DNA of 37,175 bases from an uncultured archaeon (GCA_964388035.1 CAYLZE010000046.1:1-37175), one strand, 5' to 3'; numbered from the stretch's first letter, positions 28,549 to 37,175 are shown. Numbers and translations: made by a program. The notes: generated by a model not told the origin, from the sequence alone.

Positions 28549-29640
28549 TCAAGAATTCTTAAGTTCTTTAAAGTATAATTTTCGGTGCTTTCGATCCATT
28601 TGATTAAATTCTTTCTCGGCTTCTTCGGAGGGAAGTACGATAATCGTTCCATCTTCTTTCTGAATAACGCAACCAGAATTGACCAAAAGCTCGTAATTCT
28701 TTGATGTTTCTTCTGAATCTCCGAAACAAATCAATTGGCAATTTCCGCAAGTTAATTTTGTATCTCTAATCATTTCTAAAGCGCTTTTATCTCCAATCAT
28801 CACTGAGCTTAACTCTAAATTTTGTTCCAATTTAGACATGTCAATTCCACCAGGTTCGTCGGGATTTTTTGGCCATTTAGACGCGTTAGTTACACATAAT
28901 GAAAAAAGTCGGGTAACATCTTTATCCGTTTCAGGGTAAGGATATCTCCCCGGCGACCATGTTGACCACTTCTTTGATTTATCTAATCCTGATAGCCCAC
29001 CGCATACGATTTGACACCTCCCGATATTTCTCCTTTTTGCGTAAGTGAAAGTGCTATCCCCCAAAGAAATAGATTCAGTCTCTTTAGTATCAAACATTCT
29101 CATTGCACAAACCTTGGTACATAATTTACATTTTGAGCAGAAGGATTCTTCCTCGGGCATAGGTTCGGTAGGAGCAAGTATTGCGGATGTAACTAAACAT
29201 CCTAAAATGATAGCACAACCTTGCCCTTTCATTCCAACATTTCCCGACCAGCCAAAAGAACCCACGCCGGATCTCACTGCTATATACCTGAGTGCAATCT
29301 CTGGAAACATTCGTAATTCCCATCCGGGAATCTCTTCTCTATATTTGAAATTAGGAAACACCTCCACAGCATCATATCCCTTATTTTGGAGTAATTTCGA
29401 AGTTTCTTTAGCCAATAAAAAGGCTCTCACGTTTGTTTCGATATTATCTATCTCGTGATCTACCCTTCCATTAGGCATTTCTTTTTTCAAAAAGGATCGT
29501 ATTTTTTCTTTATTTAATGGGAGTGCAAAACATATGGCGGATTCTGCGCTTGGTAATGGATAAGTTATATCAATACTTGGTGGTCCTCCTTGTAATGTTT
29601 TCTTGGTAGCCACGCCAACTCTTAAAGCACCACTATCCAA
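28549..29640 (-). CDS. Epoxyqueuosine reductase (QueG)/reductive dehalogenase-like cobalamin Fe-S protein; start uncertain
   Basis: AVRSGVGSFGWSGN (cobalamin-domain AGLGxxGxxG-like), CSKCKLCTKVC, CQIVC and CGNCQLIC. The frame stays open 12 codons upstream of the TTG. Confidence 0.8.
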   Translation of the reverse strand: MDSGALRVGVATKKTLQGGPPSIDITYPLPSAESAICFALPLNKEKIRSFLKKEMPNGRVDHEIDNIETNVRAFLLAKETSKLLQNKGYDAVEVFPNFKYREEIPGWELRMFPEIALRYIAVRSGVGSFGWSGNVGMKGQGCAIILGCLVTSAILAPTEPMPEEESFCSKCKLCTKVCAMRMFDTKETESISLGDSTFTYAKRRNIGRCQIVCGGLSGLDKSKKWSTWSPGRYPYPETDKDVTRLFSLCVTNASKWPKNPDEPGGIDMSKLEQNLELSSVMIGDKSALEMIRDTKLTCGNCQLICFGDSEETSKNYELLVNSGCVIQKEDGTIIVLPSEEAEKEFNQMDRKHRKLYFKELKNS

Positions 29641-30051
29641 TAAATTTTGTTCAATTTCTTTAAAAAATGATATTGATCATCACCTTGAGTGTAAACGGTT
29701 ATTAAACTAAAACCCGATTTCTTTTATATTTTATGAATTAGAGTGCTCATTTAATTGAATTGGCTCATTTATATTTCAAAACGAGTTTTAAGGTGTTTAA
29801 TTCCAATTTTTAGTCATTTTTAATTATTTAGTATAGCTATTTTTGATTCAAACAATAACCAATCATGTAATTACTACTAATCTTATCATGTTTAAATGGG
29901 AATATTATATCTTATAAGAAGACGTGAGATTTTCCCATTAAACTTTAGTAATACTTTATTTAAATTAAGAATTCTTTTATGTAATAACACGTGTACTATA
30001 ATAATATTATTTAAATAATCAAATTTACAGCCAGAATCAAGGAAAACTAAT

Positions 30052-31776
30052 ATGAGTGATTCGATAATTATTAAAAACGGAATTATATTTGATCCGATCA
30101 ATAATATAGATGGGGAAAAAAAAGAGATTCACATTCAAAACGGGAAAATTGTTGAAAAGGTAAAAGGGGATGCGAAAGTAATAGATGCCTCTGGCATGGT
30201 TGTCATGCCTGGTGGGGTAGATATACATTCCCATATCGCGGGAGCTAAAGTAAATTCGGGAAGATCTTTTCGCCCCGAGGACAAACATTTCGAAGCTACC
30301 ATGAAAAAAACAAAGATAACTCGAAGCGGAACAGGATTTTCAGTACCTTCTACTTGGATAACAGGATATAAATATGCCAAATTGGGATATACCACCGTTT
30401 TTGAACCTGCAATGCCCCTTCTTGAAGCTCGCCATACTCATGAAGAATTCTTAGAAATGCCCATTATTGATAAAGGAGCTTTTCCGATATTAGGAAATAA
30501 CTGGTACGTGCTCGAGTATGTTAGAGAAAATGACATGGAAAAATTGGCAGCCTACATTGCCTGGGTTCTTAAAGCAACGAAGGGTTATGCAATTAAAATC
30601 GTTAACCCCGGAGGAGTAGAAAACTGGGCTTGGGGCAAAAATTGCGAAAGTCTTGATGATCCTGTTGTGTATTGGGATGTAACACCAAGACAAATAGTGG
30701 AAAGCTTAGCAAAAGTTAATGAAATGTTAGAATTACCCCATTCCATACATATTCACTGCAATAATCTGGGACATCCTGGTAATGTAAATCATACCATTGA
30801 TACCTTCAATGTTACTAAAGACTTGGATATTAAACGAAAGGATCGAAAAACAAGTTTACATTGCACTCACGTTCAATTTAATGCGTATAGTGGAACAAAT
30901 TGGAAAGATTTTAAATCGGGCGCATCTGAAATTGCTGAATATGTTAATGCAAACAGTCATGTCACTGTTGATGCAGGACAAGTTGTTTTTACAAAATATG
31001 CAACCACCACCATGACTGGAGATGGTCCATGGGAATTTGCCCTTCATCACTTGGGCGGAGTAAGCCCCTGGGGCAATAAACCAGGAGTAAAATGGATTAA
31101 CGGTCAAGTAGAAGCAGAATCCGGTTCAGGAATAGTTCCCTATTTCTTCACGCCATCTGTTGGTGTAAATGCCGTGCAATGGGCAATTGGGCTAGAAATC
31201 ATGCTATTAGTAAAAAATAAATATCAAATCTTCATGACCACCGATCATCCAAACGGAGCACCTTTTACGACGTATCCCATCGTAATTAAATGGTTAATGG
31301 ATCGCAAGGCAAGAAAGGAAATGCTTGAAAAGGTTTCTAAAAAAGCCAGTACAGATACGACTCTCCCGGATCTTGACCAAGAATATTCATTGAATGAACT
31401 GTGCATTGTCACCAGAGCAGGGACCGCTCAATGCTTGGGATTGAAAGATAGAGGGCATATAGGTGTAGGTGCTATAGGTGATGTATCCATTTATAAGTTA
31501 GATCCTAATAATTATGACGGGAAGGCAATTGAAAAAGCTTTTTCCGCCGCAGCATACACCTTAAAAGACGGACAGATTGTTGTGAAAGACGGAGAAATCG
31601 TTGCCGCACCCATGGGAACTCTTCTTTGTGCGGAAGGAAAAATCAAGGAAAGCGTATATGACGCAACGCTTGAGGATGTAAAGCTACATTGGCGAGACCA
31701 TTATAGCATTAATTTCAACAATTATGCCGTTCAAGATGTTTATGCTCCTAAAGTTAAAATTGTTAATGGAGTATAA
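30052..31776 (+). CDS. fwdA: Formylmethanofuran dehydrogenase subunit A
   Basis: GGVDIHSHIAG, PSTxxTGYxYAxLGYTT, KIVNPGG, SIHIHCNNLG, QWAIGLE and TTDHPNGAPF. Confidence 0.96.
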   Translation: MSDSIIIKNGIIFDPINNIDGEKKEIHIQNGKIVEKVKGDAKVIDASGMVVMPGGVDIHSHIAGAKVNSGRSFRPEDKHFEATMKKTKITRSGTGFSVPSTWITGYKYAKLGYTTVFEPAMPLLEARHTHEEFLEMPIIDKGAFPILGNNWYVLEYVRENDMEKLAAYIAWVLKATKGYAIKIVNPGGVENWAWGKNCESLDDPVVYWDVTPRQIVESLAKVNEMLELPHSIHIHCNNLGHPGNVNHTIDTFNVTKDLDIKRKDRKTSLHCTHVQFNAYSGTNWKDFKSGASEIAEYVNANSHVTVDAGQVVFTKYATTTMTGDGPWEFALHHLGGVSPWGNKPGVKWINGQVEAESGSGIVPYFFTPSVGVNAVQWAIGLEIMLLVKNKYQIFMTTDHPNGAPFTTYPIVIKWLMDRKARKEMLEKVSKKASTDTTLPDLDQEYSLNELCIVTRAGTAQCLGLKDRGHIGVGAIGDVSIYKLDPNNYDGKAIEKAFSAAAYTLKDGQIVVKDGEIVAAPMGTLLCAEGKIKESVYDATLEDVKLHWRDHYSINFNNYAVQDVYAPKVKIVNGV

Positions 31777-31864
31777 AAATCAATAATATAACATTTTTAT
31801 TTCCTATTTCTCTTTACAATTTTTGCATTTTTTGAATTCTAATTTTGAAATTTATTTAATCATT
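31612..31864 (+). repeat. Direct repeat copy 1 (last 55 codons of fwdA plus 3' flank)
   Basis: Aligns with 36865-37117 at a constant offset of 5253 bp at both ends. Manual count gives 24 mismatches in the 165 coding nt. Confidence 0.95.
31781..31822 (+). terminator. T-rich putative fwdA terminator
   Basis: CAATAATATAACATTTTTATTTCCTATTTCTCTTTACAATTT lies just after the stop and is identical at 37034-37075. Confidence 0.5.
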
Positions 31865-31991
31865 CATGAATTAAAATTTCCCTTTTAAAAAATTGAAAGT
31901 TAAGAGAATATATATCATGAAGATGAAATAATAAAAAAAACCGCATTTCCATATTCACTATTTTTTTGAATTAATTCTTCAAGAAAAATAT

Positions 31992-32222
31992 CTATTTATT
32001 AGAAGGCAATCGTTTTTCTGACCATAAAACGAATTGGACACGAGTGAGAAGAAGCATACCTGCTAAAAAAAATCCGATACTGATATATAATATCAATATG
32101 TATTGAGATTGGGGCGATGTATAAAAAGTAATTACCCAAATTATGATAAAAGCGAGGCTAACTACGATAATGAATAGTGCGATATTTCTTAAATTTTTAT
32201 TTGTTTTATTGATGATTTCCAT
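31992..32222 (-). CDS. Small membrane protein (2 TM)
   Basis: 76-aa ATG-started ORF with two hydrophobic segments. Confidence 0.65.
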   Translation of the reverse strand: MEIINKTNKNLRNIALFIIVVSLAFIIIWVITFYTSPQSQYILILYISIGFFLAGMLLLTRVQFVLWSEKRLPSNK

Positions 32223-32389
32223 AAAATGTTGATGTAATTCTAATTCTTATATATCTATAGTAATCTGAAGTTCTATTTAATAAATCATATTAAATTAATT
32301 AAATAGAATAATAAAGACTTATATTCCATATTAATTAGTTTTAATTCAGAAAAAAAAGAGTAATTTGAAGAATATTAAAAATTTACATC

Positions 32390-33016
32390 CTAAATTTTAT
32401 TAGTAACCATATTAATGGTGATTAGGTCATCGAGATAATGTATCTTTAATAATCTTCTAACCACTTCATTTAGTATTATAGAGATAGGAATTAAAAAGAA
32501 AGTAAAAAGTGAGGAAAATAACGGGTAAAATATATAGACAGCATAGAGTTGCCAATTAAAGAAAGAGATTATTACTTCATAATAGACATATGCTGTAATT
32601 ACCAAACCGATATATTGCCAAAGTATACCAATTATAATTGCGAAAATCTCTCCAATAATTCCTTTCTCTATTTTATGATTTAGAACCGATATGATTCCTC
32701 CTGCAAATCCCGAGGAAACTAACATGAAAATTAGATATGCTGGTAATGATTCTCCACATCCGAAGATTAAGCAGTATAAAAACTCACCTAATACAGAACC
32801 GACCATAGAAATGAATAAAGCTTCCCAAGGTCTAAATAATATACCTGCTGAAAAGATAAAAATAGACCCAAGATTTAAATAGAAAATTATATTGTAGGAT
32901 TCTGAGCTATTGTAAAAAAGAGCAATTCTCAAGAACGAGGTAAAGAAAGAAATTAAACCAATATAACCCATAAGGATTATTAAGAATTGCTTTACATGAT
33001 TCCCTTCTTTTTCCAT
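32390..33016 (-). CDS. Integral membrane protein, ECF transporter S-component-like
   Basis: About 6 TMs, with NLGSIFIFSAGILFRPWEALFISMVGSVLGE resembling the S-component pattern. ATG at 33016 avoids overlap with the upstream gene. Confidence 0.6.
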   Translation of the reverse strand: MEKEGNHVKQFLIILMGYIGLISFFTSFLRIALFYNSSESYNIIFYLNLGSIFIFSAGILFRPWEALFISMVGSVLGEFLYCLIFGCGESLPAYLIFMLVSSGFAGGIISVLNHKIEKGIIGEIFAIIIGILWQYIGLVITAYVYYEVIISFFNWQLYAVYIFYPLFSSLFTFFLIPISIILNEVVRRLLKIHYLDDLITINMVTNKI

Positions 33017-33047
33017 ACCTTTCTGAACACTGCTGATAGTCTTACTA

Positions 33048-34082
33048 TTATTTGTCAACCTGACCACCCCTGTTTAATTTTTCTTTATTTATTGGATTAT
33101 TTTTAGCAACCATAATAATGGGTTTGATTTTATATATCCAGACTACCGCACAACCTATCATGATGCTGGTAAAAACCATGAAAGTACTCGCAATTAGACT
33201 CGTATTAGGCATTTGGTTTTCACTTCGGTTGATCAAGGTAAGAATATCATAGGAATGAAATCCTTTCGATAATTCTTCACTTAGATTAACAGTAGCGTGT
33301 CCTTTATAATCATTAATAGCAGTATAGAAATATAGAATTCCATTCTTTAAGTCATTAATATTCGAGTATCGGGTAAATTTGCCTTGATGAGTTGCTTTTA
33401 AAATTGACAAACAGTATTCAAGGGATACTTCTTGCATGCTATCAAGCATTTTTTCGGCAGTATCATACCTCCAGCATGGTTTCCTACCTTGAGCCACGTT
33501 AAAATTTGTAGAAAGTAAGTAATTTCCACTTTTTCGAGTAATAACCACTTCTCCATCTAATCCAATACCAATTATGGCAGCATCTCCTGTTTTATCTGCG
33601 AAATGAACTTGACAAGGATATAATTCCAATTGAATAAGATTATAATCCTTGATCCATTCAATAACTTCCGCAACCGTAGTGCATTCTTCTAAAATTTTGG
33701 TAAATACATTGTTTTGCATATAATCAATTTTATTCGGATCACGTTTCACTGGAGTGGAGGGTACCCAATTCTCATCAGCACTTAATCCATATTCGTTCAT
33801 CCCACCTAATGGGTTAAATACGTGCTGATAAGTGAATCCATATAAAACCTTTCCATATTTTCCTTCTGTTGCCGGAAAAAAGTACATTCGCATATGATCA
33901 GGGAAATAATCTTCATTATTACAGAAATAAACTATATCATTATTCTTCGAGGTAACTGTGAAAACGGTACAAGTGTTTGTAATGGAATGGGTAGAAGAAC
34001 ACATTGTTATGAATGTAAAAAGTAAAAAACTTGAAAATAAAAATAGAAATCCTATTTTCCTTCCCAATGTCTTTTTATTCAT
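33048..34082 (-). CDS. Secreted, membrane-anchored Ntn hydrolase (choloylglycine hydrolase/penicillin V acylase/C45-like)
   Basis: Signal peptide, then CTVF (nucleophile Cys), NNED, GGMNEYGL, HFADKTG, TNFN and CWRY. C-terminal TM segment. Confidence 0.85.
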   Translation of the reverse strand: MNKKTLGRKIGFLFLFSSFLLFTFITMCSSTHSITNTCTVFTVTSKNNDIVYFCNNEDYFPDHMRMYFFPATEGKYGKVLYGFTYQHVFNPLGGMNEYGLSADENWVPSTPVKRDPNKIDYMQNNVFTKILEECTTVAEVIEWIKDYNLIQLELYPCQVHFADKTGDAAIIGIGLDGEVVITRKSGNYLLSTNFNVAQGRKPCWRYDTAEKMLDSMQEVSLEYCLSILKATHQGKFTRYSNINDLKNGILYFYTAINDYKGHATVNLSEELSKGFHSYDILTLINRSENQMPNTSLIASTFMVFTSIMIGCAVVWIYKIKPIIMVAKNNPINKEKLNRGGQVDK

Positions 34083-34217
34083 AGATTTTAAGCACCATAA
34101 ATTTTTATTAGATTATAAATTACATAGTATAATTTATTTTATAAACATTACTAAGAATTAATACTCTAAAAATACACTTTACATATAGAAGAATAAAAAA
34201 AAGGAGCAAAGCAGGAA

Positions 34218-34922
34218 ATGCAGAAGGAAAATTCATCTTACACACCACCGGAAAAGTCTTTGAAAGAAATTAATAAGAAAAAGAGGGCGCGTTCTAAGGA
34301 AAAAAAAGCTCAAAAATTTGAGAAAATTTTAGATAAAGGTATTGAATTATATTGTCAAAATAAATTCAGTTTAAAAAAGTTGGCCAAACACATGGATATG
34401 TCCATGCCAAATCTTTATCATTACGTTAAAAGTAAACGGGAGCTCTGGATTGCTATCCGTAAGAGATATTTTAGAGAACTTAGACATAAACTAAATAACA
34501 TTATAAAAAATCATAATGGTCAATATAGAGATTTAATAATTAAATTAGGTGTAGCATTTTTAGAGTTTTCAGAAGAAGATTATCAAAGATTTGATTTCAT
34601 GTTTTTAATTCCAGTCCCCTTCTCTAAAAAACTCGGACCAATAGAGAAAAGTTATAAACAGTTTAATTTATTGAATTTAATCAAAAATGTAGTTCAAAAA
34701 GCTATTGATGCAAAGGAAATTAAAGAACTAAATACTATAGCACTAACTTTTTTTTTTTACCAATTGGCCTTAGGTACAGCAATAGTTGAACGTAATCTTG
34801 TTCAAATTAAAGAAGAAGTATCTGAACCAGTAAAATTAGATACAAATCCAGTTGATATTAAAGAAAATAGAAATTTTTTATTAGATCAATTGCGTAAATT
34901 TTTAATTTTAATGAGTTTATGA
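34218..34922 (+). CDS. TetR/AcrR family transcriptional regulator
   Basis: HTH FSLKKLAKHMDMSMPNLYHYVKSKRELW. Confidence 0.9.
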   Translation: MQKENSSYTPPEKSLKEINKKKRARSKEKKAQKFEKILDKGIELYCQNKFSLKKLAKHMDMSMPNLYHYVKSKRELWIAIRKRYFRELRHKLNNIIKNHNGQYRDLIIKLGVAFLEFSEEDYQRFDFMFLIPVPFSKKLGPIEKSYKQFNLLNLIKNVVQKAIDAKEIKELNTIALTFFFYQLALGTAIVERNLVQIKEEVSEPVKLDTNPVDIKENRNFLLDQLRKFLILMSL

Positions 34923-35030
34923 AAGAGATTAGCATTTAATACTTATAAAAATAAATTTCATTTAAATTGCATTTTTTTCCGAATATTTATTTAAGAGTTT
35001 AAGTTAGATCATATAACTTATTATAAAAAA

Positions 35031-36446
35031 GTGATTGATTTGATAGAAAGTGTTAAAAAAGAAGAAAAACCACAAACAGCATCTACATTGAAAATGCTGT
35101 CATATTCTCTCACTTTTTATGTGAGCAATATTGTTCTCTTAGCATATTCTTTTATTGGCTTTTACTTTTACGAGGTTGAAGTTGGATTAAATGTTACACT
35201 TGTTGCAATAGCTCAAACAATCTACGCAATTTGGAACATGTTTAACGACCCACTTGTAGGATATTTAACCGATAAGCCAATGCCCTGGACTAAAAAATGG
35301 GGCATGCGAGCACCTTGGATTATAATAGGTGTAATCCCCACAGTAATCTTCTTTTATCTTATTTTTACCCCTCCAGAGTTAGATCCAAACAATCAACTGC
35401 CTGTTTTTTTATACATGCTCATTATGACTTGCCTTTTTGATGCATTTTACTCTATTTTTACGGAACATTATTCAGGTGGATTTGCAATTCATTTTCGCAC
35501 GGAATCCGAGCGGCATAAAGCAAGTTTAATGACTGCAATATTAGGCACTTTCGGAACCCTAACAGTCATCATTATTCCTCCCATGATCTACCAATATGGT
35601 GATAAAGCATCCTTCGCACGTGCAGCGGGAATAGGTGTTTTAATAATGGTAGGAGCAATAATTTTTATGATACCCGGAATAAAAGAGAATGATGAAATAA
35701 AACAAAGATTCCTTCATGGTTATGCGACAGCAGAAAAAATCTCATTTTGGCAAACGATGAAATACGCATTTAAAGCAAAAAATTTTATGATCTCTCTTTT
35801 AGCCTATACATTATATACCGTTTCATATACGTTAGCGGGTGCTACGGCTATATATTTTATGAAGGATGTGTTATTAATGAAGGAGGAAGAAGCTATAATT
35901 CTTCCAAATGCTCTCAACATGCTATTTACTCTTATTTCAATGCCAATTTGGATAAAAATTGGACCTAAAAGGCTTGGACAAAAAAAGATGTATGCACTAG
36001 GTCTGTTGTGGATGGGATTGGCTTATATCCCCGTATTATGGTATACGCAATATATTTGGGCACCCATTTTAGCTGCCATTGGAGCAATAGGAGCTGGTTG
36101 TTTCACAGTAATGGTAATGCCTATTGTTTCAGACTGCTATGATGAAGTTGCCACCTTCACGGGCAAGCACCAAGAAGCGACCCTTTTAGGAATTAGAAAT
36201 TTTTTCATTCGCATTTCTATTATTCTTCAGAGTGTTATTATAGCAGTAGTTCATGAACTCACTCATTATAATCCCGATCCCTTTGCCATACAAACACCCT
36301 TGGCAATTTTAGGAATCAGACTTACTAACGGACTAATTCCTGCATTATGTCTATTCATTGGTGCTTTTATAATGTTGAAATTTTACGATTTAGAGGGAAA
36401 AAATAAAAATAACGTGATCAAAAAATTAGAAGGATTAGGTATATAA
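35031..36446 (+). CDS. MFS transporter, GPH (MelB-like) family
   Basis: WNMFNDPLVGYLTD, WGMRAPW and SDCYDE. About 12 TMs. Paralog of 22321-23727. Confidence 0.92.
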   Translation: MIDLIESVKKEEKPQTASTLKMLSYSLTFYVSNIVLLAYSFIGFYFYEVEVGLNVTLVAIAQTIYAIWNMFNDPLVGYLTDKPMPWTKKWGMRAPWIIIGVIPTVIFFYLIFTPPELDPNNQLPVFLYMLIMTCLFDAFYSIFTEHYSGGFAIHFRTESERHKASLMTAILGTFGTLTVIIIPPMIYQYGDKASFARAAGIGVLIMVGAIIFMIPGIKENDEIKQRFLHGYATAEKISFWQTMKYAFKAKNFMISLLAYTLYTVSYTLAGATAIYFMKDVLLMKEEEAIILPNALNMLFTLISMPIWIKIGPKRLGQKKMYALGLLWMGLAYIPVLWYTQYIWAPILAAIGAIGAGCFTVMVMPIVSDCYDEVATFTGKHQEATLLGIRNFFIRISIILQSVIIAVVHELTHYNPDPFAIQTPLAILGIRLTNGLIPALCLFIGAFIMLKFYDLEGKNKNNVIKKLEGLGI

Positions 36447-36592
36447 CAGAATGCAATAAAAAAATGGATTTTTTTTTTTTTAATATAATAGGAATCAATT
36501 GAGGTGTCTTCATTTTTAAGGAATATATAATTTAACGAATAACTTGTTCTCCATTCTTCTTTTGTTTTCAAACTTTAAATTCGTTTCAATAC

Positions 36593-36656
36593 TAAAAGAA
36601 AAAAAGAATCGTGGACTTTAAACTCGTTTTCAGACGCAATTAAGTATCTTCCACGA
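36593..36656 (-). terminator. Putative hairpin plus U-tract at the end of the cysS fragment
   Basis: Inverted repeat TCGTGGA (36609-36615) / TCCACGA (36650-36656), followed on the minus strand by a long T-rich tract. Confidence 0.35.
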
Positions 36657-36864
36657 GAATACCTAGTTCTCTCAATGATTTCCTAATGATATCACTGATT
36701 TCATAATTTTTCTCTTTCTTAGTTAAGCACGTATACCTTTTATGATTTCAAAGAGTTCCGTTATTAGTTCACCTATGTCATCAAAAGAACTTCCTAACCC
36801 TAAACCAAACTCTTTTGTAATCCAGAATTGCCCAAATTCTTGATTAACATTATCACTTAAATCA
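36640..36864 (-). pseudogene. cysS: Decayed 3' fragment of cysteinyl-tRNA synthetase
   Basis: The minus strand reads ...ELITELFEIIKGIRA*LR, then with a 1-nt shift EKNYEISDIIRKSLRELGILVEDT*. This matches the CysRS anticodon-binding C-terminal pattern (RxxxRxxKxY/WxxA/SDxIRxxLxxxGIxxED). Confidence 0.75.
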
Positions 36865-37029
36865 ATGGGCATACTTTTATGTGCTGAAGGAAAAATTAAG
36901 GAGAGCATATATAATGCAACACTTGATGATGTAAAGCTCCATTGGCGAGACTATTATAGCATTAATTTCAATAATTATGCAGTTCAAGACGTATATGCTT
37001 CTAAAGTCAAAATCGTAAATGGAGCATAA
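36865..37029 (+). pseudogene. fwdA: Orphan 3' fragment of fwdA (54 aa)
   Basis: Translates MGILLCAEGKIKESIYNATLDDVKLHWRDYYSINFNNYAVQDVYASKVKIVNGA*, which is 47/54 identical to the FwdA C-terminus. Confidence 0.92.
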
Positions 37030-37117
37030 TAACCAATAATATAACATTTTTATTTCCTATTTCTCTTTACAATTTAAATACATTTTGTATTTCAATTTTG
37101 AAATCAATTTAATCATT
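36865..37117 (+). repeat. Direct repeat copy 2 (fwdA 3' end plus flank)
   Basis: Partner of 31612-31864. Confidence 0.95.
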
Positions 37118-37175
37118 TACTAATTGAGTGTATTTTTGATTTTTTCCTTTTGACTGAAATTTAAAAATCATTTAT

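Larger units (their letters stand above)
31865..36864. other. ~5.0-kb acquired islet between the duplicated fwdA 3' ends; no integrase or transposase
   Basis: Bracketed by the direct repeat. Carries accessory genes and ends in a truncated cysS fragment. Confidence 0.65.

Noticed and set aside
29892-30288. Minus-strand ORFs 29892-30101 and 30037-30288, and an ACACGTGT palindrome upstream of fwdA
   Set aside because: The ORFs overlap fwdA and its promoter region and have low complexity. A single 8-bp palindrome is insufficient evidence for an operator.
539-34161. Many short antisense or overlapping ORFs in the track (e.g. 539-850, 3343-3549, 6930-7271, 14665-15033, 22818-23120, 24336-24632, 29045-29458, 30135-30395, 33958-34161)
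   Set aside because: They lie opposite or inside well-supported genes and carry no motifs, so they are shadow ORFs.
31865-36864. Active prophage, transposon or integrative element
   Set aside because: No integrase, transposase, terminal inverted repeats or viral genes. The flanking repeats are long and diverged.
36723-36908. 61-aa ORF as an independent gene
   Set aside because: Its first part is the antisense of the fwdA copy and the rest is the cysS remnant.
1-37175. tRNA, rRNA or CRISPR arrays
   Set aside because: No GC-rich cloverleaf or rRNA-like segment and no regularly spaced repeats were seen by eye. A covariance-model scan would be needed to exclude small RNAs.

Overview
AT-rich archaeal chromosomal window, most consistent with Asgard archaea (Lokiarchaeia-like). 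This is an inference from gene content: HEAT/LRR protein, C-terminal longin-like domain, paralogous GPH-family MFS transporters, Mvh-type hydrogenase and FwdA. From left to right it carries: the start of a group 3 [NiFe]-hydrogenase large subunit; an unusually long small subunit with a duplicated two-cluster Fe-S module; an LRR protein; a broken SAM methyltransferase; hypD/E/F; tandem hisF-hisF-hisH; purF; two tandem MobA-like genes; an atypical enolase-superfamily enzyme with an MFS transporter; a SAM methyltransferase plus HgcAB-like corrinoid/ferredoxin fusion gene pair; an amidohydrolase plus QueG/reductive-dehalogenase-like pair; and fwdA. A 5.0-kb cargo block follows, bracketed by a diverged 253-bp direct repeat of the fwdA 3' end, with a decayed cysS 3' fragment at its right junction. 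No tRNA, rRNA, CRISPR array, integrase or transposase was recognised. All calls come from reading motifs by eye; no database searches were run.
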